Positions 39,776 through 50,263 of a DNA stretch of 64,000 nt are shown piece by piece. Every line of letters starts with the position of its first letter. Within the stretch, counting starts at the first letter, position 1. The notes under the pieces are model-generated. The model made no database searches and was not told the DNA's origin. It was given only the letters and a program-made list of their open reading frames with translations. This DNA is from an uncultured Pelagibacteraceae bacterium (GTDB lineage Bacteria; Pseudomonadota; Alphaproteobacteria; Pelagibacterales; Pelagibacteraceae). The translations under genes were made by a program, and so were the position numbers. The stretch lies in contig CACHOW010000002.1 in the NCBI GenBank assembly GCA_902581695.1, positions 277 through 64,276 of the forward strand, given 5' to 3'.

Positions 39776-41136
39776 TTTCATTAGTTACAGAATATTTTTT
39801 AGCAATTGCCTTATTTTTTAGTTTTATAACCTTAATATTTTATGGATTTCCCGTAGCATGGACTATGGGCGGTTTGGGAGTTTTATTTATATTTATCTCA
39901 ATGCTTTCTGATAACTTATTTGACACTTTTTATGGGGTGGATTTTGGGTTTGCATCTATGGTTGTTTACAGACTTTATGGAGTCATGGCAAACTGGGTTT
40001 TAGTTGCATTGCCAATGTTTATTTTTATGGGAATCATGATGGATAAGTCTGGCATTGCAGAGGATCTAATGACTGATCTATCTAAGTTATTTGGTAAAAC
40101 AAGAGGCGGACTTGCAATTTCAATTGTATTTATTGGAGTTTTACTTGCTGCCTCCACAGGAATTATTGGTGCTGCAGTAGTGTTGTTAACCATATTAGGT
40201 GTGCCTTTGATGTTAAAAAATAATTATAATCCAAACTTAGCTTGTGGAGTTGTTTGCGCAACTGGGACTTTAGGAATTTTGATACCACCAAGTATTATGT
40301 TAGTTATTATGGGTGACCAAGTGAGAATATCAGTAGGTGATTTATTTATGGGTGCTGTATTCCCTGGGCTATTACTTGGACTATTGTACACAATCTTTAT
40401 TGTTGTTTATGCTTATATGAACCCAAAAGCAGCACCATTACCAAAAGATGCAGAACCAGTAGACTTAAAAATAGTTTTAAGAGTTTTAAAATCTATCATA
40501 CCACCAGCTTTATTAATCTTTGCTGTTTTAGGAAGTATATTTATGGGAATTGCAACTCCAACAGAAGCGTCAGGAGTTGGAGCTTTAGGAGCATCTTTAT
40601 TAGCTATAGTTAGAGGAAGGTTGTCATTTTCAGATTTAAAAATTGTAATTAGAAAAACAACTCATACCACCGCATATATTTTTGCACTTTTTGTTGGTGC
40701 AACAATGTTTGCATTAATTTTAAGAGGTTTAGGTGGTGATGAATTAATAGAGGGAGCTCTTAAAGCATTACCTTTTGGAACCAGTGGAGTTGTAATTGTT
40801 GTTTTGTTTGTGGCGTTTTTGCTAGGGTTCTTTTTAGATTGGATTGAAATTACATTGATAATTTTACCATTTCTGGCTCCAGTAATGATGGACTTGGGAG
40901 TTGATATGGTTTGGTTTATCGTAATGTTTGCAGTGGTTTTACAAACTTCATTTATAACCCCACCAGTCGGTTTTGCTCTTTTTTATATGAAAGGTGTAGC
41001 TCCACAGGGTATTTCAATAATGAATATTTACAAAGGTATAATACCATTCGTAATTCTTCAAGTTATAGCTGTTGCTATTGTATTTAATTTTCCAGAAATA
41101 GTTACTTGGTTACCAAAAGTAGCTTACGGTCCATAA
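39772..41136 (+). CDS. TRAP large permease DctM
   Basis: ALPMFIFMG, GTLGILIPPS, ATPTEAS, QTSFITPP. Confidence 0.94.
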   Translation: MISLVTEYFLAIALFFSFITLIFYGFPVAWTMGGLGVLFIFISMLSDNLFDTFYGVDFGFASMVVYRLYGVMANWVLVALPMFIFMGIMMDKSGIAEDLMTDLSKLFGKTRGGLAISIVFIGVLLAASTGIIGAAVVLLTILGVPLMLKNNYNPNLACGVVCATGTLGILIPPSIMLVIMGDQVRISVGDLFMGAVFPGLLLGLLYTIFIVVYAYMNPKAAPLPKDAEPVDLKIVLRVLKSIIPPALLIFAVLGSIFMGIATPTEASGVGALGASLLAIVRGRLSFSDLKIVIRKTTHTTAYIFALFVGATMFALILRGLGGDELIEGALKALPFGTSGVVIVVLFVAFLLGFFLDWIEITLIILPFLAPVMMDLGVDMVWFIVMFAVVLQTSFITPPVGFALFYMKGVAPQGISIMNIYKGIIPFVILQVIAVAIVFNFPEIVTWLPKVAYGP

Positions 41137-41153
41137 AATAGAAATTAATAGAT

Positions 41154-41597
41154 ATGAAAAAAGTAAAATTAATTATCGTGACCATATTTGTATTAAGTTT
41201 ATCAAATCTTGTAAAAGCTGATTTGAATAATTCTTTAAAGAAATATCTAGATGGAAAAGATCTAGAAAAAGGATCTACACAAATATACCTCCTTAAAAGG
41301 TGTAGTGCAGTTTATGCCTATGCCTCTGGTATTGTTCTTAAATCAGATGCTGTTTCTTCAAAAAATTTTATAGAGATCTCTAATAATTTATTATTTAAGT
41401 CTGTAGAGTTAATGGTTATTGATGAAAATAAAAAACTTGAAGAAGCTCAGGCAGAGGCTGAAAAAAATAGGAAAGAGTTATTCAGTAATTACATAGCTGA
41501 TGGTAAAAAAAATTGGGAAAAAAACAAATCCCACTTTAAGGGGTCATATATATCTGAGGATATGGCTATCTGCTCCAAGTTGACTGAAGAAAATTAA
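41154..41597 (+). CDS. Hypothetical exported protein with two Cys
   Basis: 147 aa, signal peptide (VKA), RCSAVY and EDMAIC segments. Confidence 0.75.
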   Translation: MKKVKLIIVTIFVLSLSNLVKADLNNSLKKYLDGKDLEKGSTQIYLLKRCSAVYAYASGIVLKSDAVSSKNFIEISNNLLFKSVELMVIDENKKLEEAQAEAEKNRKELFSNYIADGKKNWEKNKSHFKGSYISEDMAICSKLTEEN

Positions 41598-41657
41598 AAT
41601 AAAAAACTAATTTTTTATTGAATAATTATGAGTTATCAATAAAAGATAAGCTCATTC

Positions 41658-42623
41658 ATGAAAAAAAAAATTTCTTTAATTGGCGCAGGACAAATAGGTG
41701 GAACGCTTGCACATTTAATAGGAACAAAAGAATTAGTAGATGAAGTAGTCTTGTTTGATGTAGCTAGCGGAATAGCTAAAGGTAAAGCTCTAGATATTGC
41801 ACAATCTTCATCGGTAGATGGTTTTAATGTAAGCTTTAAAGGCACCGATGATTATAAGGATATAAAAGACTCCAATGTAATTATTATTACAGCTGGAGTT
41901 CCAAGAAAACCTGGAATGAGTAGAGATGATCTGCTTGGTATTAATTTAAAAATTATTAAACAGGTTGCTGAAGGAATAAAACAAAATGCTCCAAACGCAT
42001 TTGTGATATGTATTACTAATCCTTTAGATGTTATGGTTATGGCTTTCCAAAAATTTTCTGGTCTACCCTCAAACAAAGTAGTTGGCATGGCTGGGATATT
42101 AGACAGTTCTAGATTTAAATTATTTTTATCATTAGAATTAAACGTTCCTGTAAAAGAAATAGATGCAATGGTCATGGGTGGTCATGGAGATACTATGGTT
42201 CCAATGCCAAGATTTACAAAAGTTTCAGGAAAACCCTTACTAGATTTAGTTAAAGAAGGAAAAATAACAAAAGAAAGATTAGAAGAAATAAATCAAAGAA
42301 CAAGAGATGGTGGTGCTGAAATTGTTAAGCACCTTGAAAAAGGTTCAGCATTTTATGCTCCTGCAGCGTCTGGTATTCAAATGGCTGAAGCATATCTAAA
42401 TGATGAAAAAAAATCATTACCTTGTGCTGTTCAATTGAATGGAGAATATGGAGTAAAAGATGTTTATGCAGGAGTTCCAGTTATAATTGGAAAAAATGGT
42501 GTTGAAAAAATAGAACAGATTGATTTAGACGAAAAAGAAAAAAAAGAATTTATACACTCCATAGAGGCAGTGAAAGCCCTCTGGGAAGCAGCATCTAAAA
42601 TAGACCCTGATCTTTCTAAATAA
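41658..42623 (+). CDS. mdh: Malate dehydrogenase (LDH-like)
   Basis: [33 protein letters not shown]. Confidence 0.97.
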   Translation: MKKKISLIGAGQIGGTLAHLIGTKELVDEVVLFDVASGIAKGKALDIAQSSSVDGFNVSFKGTDDYKDIKDSNVIIITAGVPRKPGMSRDDLLGINLKIIKQVAEGIKQNAPNAFVICITNPLDVMVMAFQKFSGLPSNKVVGMAGILDSSRFKLFLSLELNVPVKEIDAMVMGGHGDTMVPMPRFTKVSGKPLLDLVKEGKITKERLEEINQRTRDGGAEIVKHLEKGSAFYAPAASGIQMAEAYLNDEKKSLPCAVQLNGEYGVKDVYAGVPVIIGKNGVEKIEQIDLDEKEKKEFIHSIEAVKALWEAASKIDPDLSK

Positions 42624-42625
42624 TA

Positions 42626-43786
42626 ATGAATATACACGAGCATCAAGCTAAAAAAATATTAAAAAAATATGGAGTAGCTGTTCCAGAGGGAATTTTTGCA
42701 TTAACTGTTGATGATTTAATAGAAAAAGCAAAATCTTTAAAAACAAAAAAATATGTTTTAAAGGCACAAATACATGCAGGTGGAAGAGGCAAAGCAGGAG
42801 GAGTTAAAATTTTAGATAATTTGGAAGAATTAAAAATCGCTGCAAAGGAATTACTAGGTAAAATTCTTGTAACACACCAAACTGGCCCAGAGGGAAGAGA
42901 AGTTAAAAGATTATATGTTGAAGAGTCCTCTAATATTGTCAAAGAATTTTATTTATCATGCTTAATTGATAGATCTAGCTCAAAAATTGCATTTATATCT
43001 AGTGATCAAGGGGGCATGGATATAGAAGAAGTAGCAAAAAATGATCCACAAAAAATTGTAACAACCAAAGTCGAAATGAGTGATGAAATTTCTGAAACAG
43101 ATTGTGAAAAAATTATTAAGATCTTTAATTTAAATGATAATATTAAAAATCAAGCAATTTCCTTAATTAAATCAATTTATAAAATGTTTAAAAATACTGA
43201 TGCTAGCATGGTTGAAGTTAACCCTTTGATATTGACAAAAGACGAAAAAATTATCTGTCTTGATGCAAAAGTAAATTTTGATTCAAACGCTTTATTTAGA
43301 CATCCTGAAATTATAGAACTTAGAGACTTAAATGAAGAAGATCCAACTGAAATAGAAGCTAGCAAGCATGACCTTGCTTACATAAAGTTAGATGGAAGTA
43401 TTGGGTGTATGGTTAATGGAGCGGGCTTGGCTATGGCGACCATGGATATAATTAAATTGTATGGAAAAGAACCAGCCAATTTTTTAGATGTAGGAGGTGG
43501 CGCATCAAAGGAAAAAGTTTCAGCTGCTCTAAAGTTAATTCTTTCTGATAAGAATGTAAGAGGAATTCTTATAAATATTTTTGGTGGAATAATGAGATGT
43601 GATGTTCTTGCCCAAGGTGTTGTTGATGCTGCAAAAGAAATAAATATCAGTGTTCCTTTAGTAGTAAGACTTGCTGGAACAAATTTTAAACAAGGAAAAG
43701 AAATTTTAGATAATTCTGGTTTAAAAATAATTTCTGCAGAAAATTTAGATGATGCAGCAAAAAAGATTGTTGAAGCTATAGAGTAA
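42626..43786 (+). CDS. sucC: Succinyl-CoA synthetase beta subunit
   Basis: [42 protein letters not shown]. Confidence 0.98.
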   Translation: MNIHEHQAKKILKKYGVAVPEGIFALTVDDLIEKAKSLKTKKYVLKAQIHAGGRGKAGGVKILDNLEELKIAAKELLGKILVTHQTGPEGREVKRLYVEESSNIVKEFYLSCLIDRSSSKIAFISSDQGGMDIEEVAKNDPQKIVTTKVEMSDEISETDCEKIIKIFNLNDNIKNQAISLIKSIYKMFKNTDASMVEVNPLILTKDEKIICLDAKVNFDSNALFRHPEIIELRDLNEEDPTEIEASKHDLAYIKLDGSIGCMVNGAGLAMATMDIIKLYGKEPANFLDVGGGASKEKVSAALKLILSDKNVRGILINIFGGIMRCDVLAQGVVDAAKEINISVPLVVRLAGTNFKQGKEILDNSGLKIISAENLDDAAKKIVEAIE

Positions 43787-43787
43787 T

Positions 43788-44663
43788 ATGTCAGTTTTAG
43801 TAAATAAGAATACCAAAGTTATCTGCCAAGGATTTACAGGTAAGCATGGAGAATTTCATTCTAAGCAAGCAATAGAGTATGGAACAAATTTAGTCGGTGG
43901 AGTAACACCCAAAAAAGGTGGTCAAATACATCTCGATAGACCTGTTTTCAATACAGTTGCTGAAGCAAAAGATAAGGTTGGTGCAGACGCAACAATGATT
44001 TATGTACCTGCGAAATTTGCAGCAGCAGCAATAATAGAAGCAATAGATGCATCAGTTGAATTGATAGTTTGTATTACAGAAGGTATTCCTGTTCAGGATA
44101 TGCTTAAGGTTAAGCAAAAGTTAAATGAATCAAAAAGTCGATTGATAGGACCTAATTGCCCGGGTATCATAACACCTGATGAGTGTAAAATTGGAATAAT
44201 GCCTGGAAGCATTCATAAAAGGGGAACCGTTGGAATTGTTTCACGATCTGGAACATTAACTTACGAAGCAGTAGCACAAACAACTGAAAATGGGTTAGGA
44301 CAATCAACATGTATTGGTATTGGAGGAGACCCAATAAATGGTACCAACTTTATTGATTGTTTAGATTTATTTTTAAATGATGAGGAGACTCAATCGATTT
44401 TAATGATCGGTGAAATTGGAGGAACAGCAGAAGAAGAAGCTGCAGAATTTTTGAAAAATCATAAAATTAAAAAACCAGTTGTAGGATTTGTTGCAGGAAT
44501 TACTGCCCCTCCAGGACGAAGAATGGGACATGCAGGTGCAATTATATCTGGAGGAAAGGGTGGAGCAATAGACAAAATAAAAAAAATGGAAGAATCAGGC
44601 ATAACAATTGCTAAATCTCCATCAATAATTGGAAAAACTTTATTTAATAAACTGAATAATTGA
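43788..44663 (+). CDS. sucD: Succinyl-CoA synthetase alpha subunit
   Basis: [27 protein letters not shown] (phospho-His). Confidence 0.98.
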   Translation: MSVLVNKNTKVICQGFTGKHGEFHSKQAIEYGTNLVGGVTPKKGGQIHLDRPVFNTVAEAKDKVGADATMIYVPAKFAAAAIIEAIDASVELIVCITEGIPVQDMLKVKQKLNESKSRLIGPNCPGIITPDECKIGIMPGSIHKRGTVGIVSRSGTLTYEAVAQTTENGLGQSTCIGIGGDPINGTNFIDCLDLFLNDEETQSILMIGEIGGTAEEEAAEFLKNHKIKKPVVGFVAGITAPPGRRMGHAGAIISGGKGGAIDKIKKMEESGITIAKSPSIIGKTLFNKLNN

Positions 44664-44687
44664 AAAATTCGTATCTAGGTTTATATT
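44660..44687 (+). promoter_or_regulatory. Possible internal sigma70 promoter for sucA
   Basis: TTGAAA (44660-44665), 16 nt spacer, TATATT (44682-44687), 9 nt before the sucA ATG. Confidence 0.35.
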
Positions 44688-44696
44688 AAATAATAA

Positions 44697-47564
44697 ATGT
44701 CATCATCTAAAAATCTCGAATATGAAAAAACTGCATTTCTAAGTAAATCAAATAGTGCTTTTATTGAAGAAATGTATATGAAATTTGTGAATGACGATCC
44801 AACCCTGCCTGAAAGCTGGAAAAAGTATTTTAATGATATTGGTGAAGAATTTGATGTGATCGTTAATGAGATTAATGGGCCATCATGGAGCCCATCTAAA
44901 AAATTTTCTATAAATAAAAATCAAAAAAGTAATAACGGTCAACTAAACGAACTAGAATTAATGCAGTCGAATGCAAATTCAATAAAAGCTGTTGCAATGA
45001 TTAGGTCATATAGACAAAGGGGACATTTGATTGCTAAACTAGATCCCCTAGGACTACTTAAAGCAGAATATTTAGAAGAACTCCATCCTGATTCTTATGG
45101 TTTTAAAAAGGAAGATTATAAAAAAAAAATTTTCTTAGATGGTGTTATAAATAAAAAACATTCAAATATTTCTGAAATACTAAATTTTTTAAAAGAAAAA
45201 TATTGTGGCTCATTAGGCTATGAATATATGCATATTTCGAATCCAACTGAAAGAAAATGGTTTAGAGATAGAGTTGAAAAAACAGATGATTTTAAATTTA
45301 CTCAGAATGGAAAAGAGGCGATTCTAAATAAATTAATTCAAGCAGAGGGTTTTGAAAAATTTTTACATACCAAATATGTTGGCACTAAAAGATTTGGACT
45401 AGATGGAGGTGAAAGTTTAATTCCAGCACTTGAACAAATAATCAAAATAGGTGGTCAATCAAAAATAAAAGAAGTTAAAATTGGAATGTCCCATAGAGGT
45501 AGACTTAATGTATTAGCAAATGTTCTGCAAAAATCTTATAAAAGAATTTTTAACGAATTTGCAGGTGAGATTAGTTCAAAGTCAGAAGATGATACAGGAG
45601 ATGTTAAATACCATTTAGGAGCTTCGTCCAATAGGGAATTTGATGGAAACTCTGTTCATGTTAGTTTAACTGATAATCCATCACATTTAGAAGCAGTTAA
45701 TCCTGTTGTTCTTGGACAAACTAGAGCCAAACAATATTTTCATAAAGACAAAGAGAGAAAAAAAGTAATTCCAATCTTAATTCATGGAGATGCAGCTTTT
45801 GCTGGACAAGGAGTAGTGGCGGAATGTTTTGCAATGTCTGGTCTTCCTGGCCATAACACTGGAGGAACAATACATATTATTGTTAATAATCAAATAGGTT
45901 TTACGACAAGTCCTCGGTTTGCAAGATCCTCTCCATACCCATCTGATATCGCAAAAATGGTTGAAGCACCAATTATTCATGTAAATGGCGATGATCCAGA
46001 AGCAGTAGTTTATGCTGCAAGAGTAGCAACAGATTTTAGACTAAAGTTTAATAGAGATGTAGTGATAGATTTAATTTGTTATAGAAGATTTGGGCACAAT
46101 GAAGGAGATGAACCTTCATTTACCCAACCACTCATGTACAAAAAAATACGTTCACACCCTTCTCCTGTTAAAGTTTATGGTGAAAAATTGATTAATGATA
46201 AATCTATTTCAAATGATCAATTAAATAATTTAGTTAAAAAATTTAAAGCTCTTTTGGATGAACAATTTAAAAATGCCAAAAATTATAAGCCAAAAATAGA
46301 GTGGTTTGAAGGTACCTGGTCAAGATACAAACCTGAAAAAGGTAAAGATAAAAGAGGAGTTACTGGTTCTGACACAAAGAAACTTAAAGAGATTTCAGAT
46401 AAGATTAATACAATTCCTAAAGAAATAAATGTTCATAAAACTATTACAAAAATTATAGATAATAGAAAATTAATGGTAGCAAACGGCAAGGGTGTAGATT
46501 GGTCTACAGCAGAAGCACTCGCCTTTGGGTCTCTTTTAGAAGAGGGCTATCCTATAAGGTTAGTAGGTCAAGATTCAGGCAGAGGAACATTTAGCCAGAG
46601 ACATTCAGTTTTAAGAAATCAATTAGATAACTCTCGCTATATACCTTTAAATAATATTTCAAAAAAACAAAAAAATTTTGAGATAGTTGATAGTTTTTTA
46701 TCAGAACTAGCTGTTTTAGGGTTTGAGTATGGTTATAGTTTAGTTGAACCAAACACACTCACAATTTGGGAGGCTCAGTTTGGTGATTTTGCAAATGGTG
46801 CTCAAGTAGTAATTGATCAATTTATTGCTTCAGGTGAAAGAAAATGGTCGAGAGCCTCTGGTTTAGTTATGCTTTTACCTCATGGTTATGAAGGTCAAGG
46901 TCCTGAACATTCATCTGCAAGATTAGAAAGATTTTTACAACTTTGTTCAAATGATAATATGCAAGTAATGAACTGCACAACTCCTGCAAATTACTTTCAT
47001 GCCCTGAGAAGGCAGATGCATAGAGATTTTAGAAAGCCTTTAATAGTTATGACGCCCAAATCATTATTAAGACATAAACACTGTGTTTCTAATTTGGATG
47101 ATTTTGATAAAAAAAACTCATATCATAGAGTTTTATGGGATCATGCTATAGATCCAAAAGTTAAGGGTTTTATTAAATTAAAGAAGCCAAAAAAAATTAA
47201 AAAAGTAATTATTTGTTCTGGAAAGATTTATTTTGATCTGTTGGAGGAAAGAGAAAAACTGAGAAAGAATGATGTAGTCTTCTACAGAATTGAACAACTT
47301 TATCCTTTCCCTGCAAAAAGTCTTGCTAATGAACTCAAACCTTATGCTAAAAATGCTAATTTTTATTGGTGTCAAGAAGAACCTAAAAACATGGGTGCAT
47401 GGTTTTCTGTTAGAGACTATATCCAATGGACATTAGATAATATTAAGGCTAATAATAATAAAATTTCTTATATTGGAAGAAGTCCTGATGCATCACCTGC
47501 AACAGGGTATCTTAAGAGGCATATGTTACAACAACAAGAAATTCTAAAGAAAGTTTTTGAATAA
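44697..47564 (+). CDS. sucA: 2-oxoglutarate dehydrogenase E1
   Basis: [26 protein letters not shown] (ThDP), [14 protein letters not shown]. Confidence 0.98.
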   Translation: MSSSKNLEYEKTAFLSKSNSAFIEEMYMKFVNDDPTLPESWKKYFNDIGEEFDVIVNEINGPSWSPSKKFSINKNQKSNNGQLNELELMQSNANSIKAVAMIRSYRQRGHLIAKLDPLGLLKAEYLEELHPDSYGFKKEDYKKKIFLDGVINKKHSNISEILNFLKEKYCGSLGYEYMHISNPTERKWFRDRVEKTDDFKFTQNGKEAILNKLIQAEGFEKFLHTKYVGTKRFGLDGGESLIPALEQIIKIGGQSKIKEVKIGMSHRGRLNVLANVLQKSYKRIFNEFAGEISSKSEDDTGDVKYHLGASSNREFDGNSVHVSLTDNPSHLEAVNPVVLGQTRAKQYFHKDKERKKVIPILIHGDAAFAGQGVVAECFAMSGLPGHNTGGTIHIIVNNQIGFTTSPRFARSSPYPSDIAKMVEAPIIHVNGDDPEAVVYAARVATDFRLKFNRDVVIDLICYRRFGHNEGDEPSFTQPLMYKKIRSHPSPVKVYGEKLINDKSISNDQLNNLVKKFKALLDEQFKNAKNYKPKIEWFEGTWSRYKPEKGKDKRGVTGSDTKKLKEISDKINTIPKEINVHKTITKIIDNRKLMVANGKGVDWSTAEALAFGSLLEEGYPIRLVGQDSGRGTFSQRHSVLRNQLDNSRYIPLNNISKKQKNFEIVDSFLSELAVLGFEYGYSLVEPNTLTIWEAQFGDFANGAQVVIDQFIASGERKWSRASGLVMLLPHGYEGQGPEHSSARLERFLQLCSNDNMQVMNCTTPANYFHALRRQMHRDFRKPLIVMTPKSLLRHKHCVSNLDDFDKKNSYHRVLWDHAIDPKVKGFIKLKKPKKIKKVIICSGKIYFDLLEEREKLRKNDVVFYRIEQLYPFPAKSLANELKPYAKNANFYWCQEEPKNMGAWFSVRDYIQWTLDNIKANNNKISYIGRSPDASPATGYLKRHMLQQQEILKKVFE

Positions 47565-47565
47565 A

Positions 47566-48837
47566 ATGAGTGAAAAAATTTTAGTTCCAGTTCTTGGTGA
47601 AAGTATTGTGGAAGCAACAGTTTCTAAATGGTTAAAAAATGAGGGTGATTTAGTTGAAGCAGATGAGCCTATTGTTGAATTAGAAACGGACAAGGTAAAT
47701 TTGGAAGTTCCTTCTCCTGCATCAGGTGTATTAGAAAAAATAAATTCTAAAGATGGATCTGTTGTTGAAGTAGGTGCTACATTAGGATCAGTATCTGTTA
47801 ATGGTGTAAGCTCAAAAAAAAAAGAGGTTGAAGAATCGAAATCAATCGAACCAAATGAAGAAGAAATCAAGATACAAACTTTAGATCCAAAAGTAGAAGA
47901 GGCTGAAACGCAATTTACAGAAGATGAAAACTTAGAGGAGCCCCTTATATTGACTAATCAAATTGAAGAGACGAAGAAAAACCAAACTTTATCTCCAGCT
48001 GTCAGAAAAATAGTAAGAGATAATAAAATTGATATTAAAACTGTAAAAGGTTCAGGAAAAGATGGGATGATTTTAAAGGGTGATTTAATTAATTTAATGG
48101 GTGTTAATCCACCTCCGTCTGAAAGAAAAATAAAGCATGGTCAAGAAGAGAGAATTAAAATGACCAGACTAAGACAAACTATTGCGAAAAGATTAAAACA
48201 AGCACAAGAAAATGCAGCGCTATTAACCACTTTCAATGAAGCAGATATGACAAGTATTATAGAGATGAGGAAAGAAAACCAAGAAGATTTTCAAAATCGT
48301 TATGGTATAAAGCTTGGATTTATGTCTTTTTTTGTCAAAGCTTGTGTTGTTGCTTTAAAAAACTTCCCCTCAGTAAATGCAGAAATAGAAGGTGATGAAA
48401 TTGTTTACAAAAACTATTATAATATAAGTTTTGCAGTAGGTACTGATAAAGGTCTTGTGGTTCCAGTTTTAAAAAATGCTGATGAATTATCATTTGCAGA
48501 TATAGAAAAAAATATTAAACAAATTTCAGAAAAAGCAAGGGACGGTAAATTAACAATAGAGGACCTACAAGGAGGAACCTTCACCATTAGTAATGGAGGA
48601 GTTTATGGTTCAATGTTGTCTACACCAATATTAAACTTACCTCAGTCTGGTGTATTAGGCATGCATAATATTGTCGATAGGCCAGCTGTAATTAATGGTG
48701 AAATAAAGATAAGACCAATTATGTATTTAGCCTTATCATATGATCACAGAATTATTGATGGTAAGGAGTCAGTATCATTTTTGAAAATGATTAAAGAAAA
48801 TTTGGAAGATCCAAGAAGATTATTTTTAGATATTTAA
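47566..48837 (+). CDS. sucB: Dihydrolipoyl succinyltransferase E2
   Basis: Lipoyl ETDKV, E3-binding [20 protein letters not shown]; ATG 47566. Confidence 0.97.
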   Translation: MSEKILVPVLGESIVEATVSKWLKNEGDLVEADEPIVELETDKVNLEVPSPASGVLEKINSKDGSVVEVGATLGSVSVNGVSSKKKEVEESKSIEPNEEEIKIQTLDPKVEEAETQFTEDENLEEPLILTNQIEETKKNQTLSPAVRKIVRDNKIDIKTVKGSGKDGMILKGDLINLMGVNPPPSERKIKHGQEERIKMTRLRQTIAKRLKQAQENAALLTTFNEADMTSIIEMRKENQEDFQNRYGIKLGFMSFFVKACVVALKNFPSVNAEIEGDEIVYKNYYNISFAVGTDKGLVVPVLKNADELSFADIEKNIKQISEKARDGKLTIEDLQGGTFTISNGGVYGSMLSTPILNLPQSGVLGMHNIVDRPAVINGEIKIRPIMYLALSYDHRIIDGKESVSFLKMIKENLEDPRRLFLDI

Positions 48838-50241
48838 ATGGAAGATAAATTTCAAGCAGTAGTTATTGGTGGGGGCCCTGGAGGCTACGTTTGTGCCATT
48901 AGACTTTCTCAATTAGGTCTCAAAACTGCATGTATAGAGTCCCGAGGTTCATTAGGAGGAACATGCTTGAACATAGGCTGTATTCCATCAAAAAGCTTAT
49001 TAAATTTGTCTGAAGAATTTCATAAAGCCAAAAATTTATCAAGCAAAGGTATTGAAATAGGGGAGATAAAATTGAATTTACCTAAAATGATGAAAAATAA
49101 AGATAAGGCAGTCACAGTTTTAACAAAGGGAGTAGAATTTTTATTAAAAAAAAACAAAGTGACGTATTTTAAAGGTATCGGAAGTTTCAAATCAAAAAAT
49201 GAAATTTTAATAAAGGAAAACCACAATAAAAAAGAGACAATAATAAAGGTGGATAAAACTATAATTGCAACAGGTTCGTTACCAATTTCTCTACCAGGAA
49301 CTGAATTCGATGAAAAAATTATTGTTTCTTCGACTGGTGCATTGAAATTTGATCAAGTACCAAAAAAGATGGTTGTGGTTGGAGGAGGATATATCGGTTT
49401 AGAGATGGGTTCAGTTTGGTCAAGGTTAGGAACTGAAGTTCATGTAATCGAGTTTTTAGATCATATCACACCAGGTATGGATAAAGAGATTTCAATTGAA
49501 TTTATGAAAATTTTGAAAAAACAAGGAATAAATTTTCATATGCAGCATAAAGTAGAACAAATCAAAAAAAATAATTCAGGAGCAATTGTTTCCACAAAAG
49601 ATAAAGGGGGAAATAAAAAAGATTTCAATACTGATATAGTTTTAGTTTCAGTAGGAAGAAAGCCAAATACAAGTGGTTTAAATTTAGAAAAAGTTGGTGT
49701 TAAACTAGATGAAAAAAAGAGAATTAAAACCGATAAATATTTTAAAACTAATCAAGATAATATTTATGCTATTGGAGATGTTATAGCAGGGCCAATGTTA
49801 GCGCACAAAGCAGAGGATGAAGGTATTGCTGTCGCAGAAAACATTGCTGGTCAGTCAGGTCATGTAAATTATGATACCATACCAGGTGTTATTTATACAA
49901 CTCCAGAAGTTGCTTCTATTGGAAAAACAGAGGAGCAATTAAAAGAATTAAATATTAAATATAAAATCGGTAAATTTTCATTTATGGCAAACTCCAGAGC
50001 AAAAGCTATAGATGATGCTGAGGGATTTGTAAAAATTTTAGCAGATGAGAAAACTGATAAAGTGTTAGGAGCTCACTTAATTGGTCCACACGCTGGAGAG
50101 TTAATAGCAGAAATAGGGGTTGCAATGGAATTTGGCGCTAGTTCAGAAGATATTGCTAGAACATGTCATGCCCATCCCACTTTCTCCGAGGCAGTAAAAG
50201 AAGCAGCATTATCTGTAGATAAAAGAGCAATACACTCTTAA
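48838..50241 (+). CDS. lpdA: Dihydrolipoamide dehydrogenase E3
   Basis: GGGPGG, GGTCLNIGCIPSK, HAHPTFSE. Confidence 0.97.
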   Translation: MEDKFQAVVIGGGPGGYVCAIRLSQLGLKTACIESRGSLGGTCLNIGCIPSKSLLNLSEEFHKAKNLSSKGIEIGEIKLNLPKMMKNKDKAVTVLTKGVEFLLKKNKVTYFKGIGSFKSKNEILIKENHNKKETIIKVDKTIIATGSLPISLPGTEFDEKIIVSSTGALKFDQVPKKMVVVGGGYIGLEMGSVWSRLGTEVHVIEFLDHITPGMDKEISIEFMKILKKQGINFHMQHKVEQIKKNNSGAIVSTKDKGGNKKDFNTDIVLVSVGRKPNTSGLNLEKVGVKLDEKKRIKTDKYFKTNQDNIYAIGDVIAGPMLAHKAEDEGIAVAENIAGQSGHVNYDTIPGVIYTTPEVASIGKTEEQLKELNIKYKIGKFSFMANSRAKAIDDAEGFVKILADEKTDKVLGAHLIGPHAGELIAEIGVAMEFGASSEDIARTCHAHPTFSEAVKEAALSVDKRAIHS

Positions 50242-50263
50242 AATATTTTCATATTATTAAAGT

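Noticed and set aside
34375-41597. Module as a prophage, IS or integrative element
   Set aside because: No integrase, transposase, att-like repeat or tRNA seen; base composition looks similar to the flanks by eye
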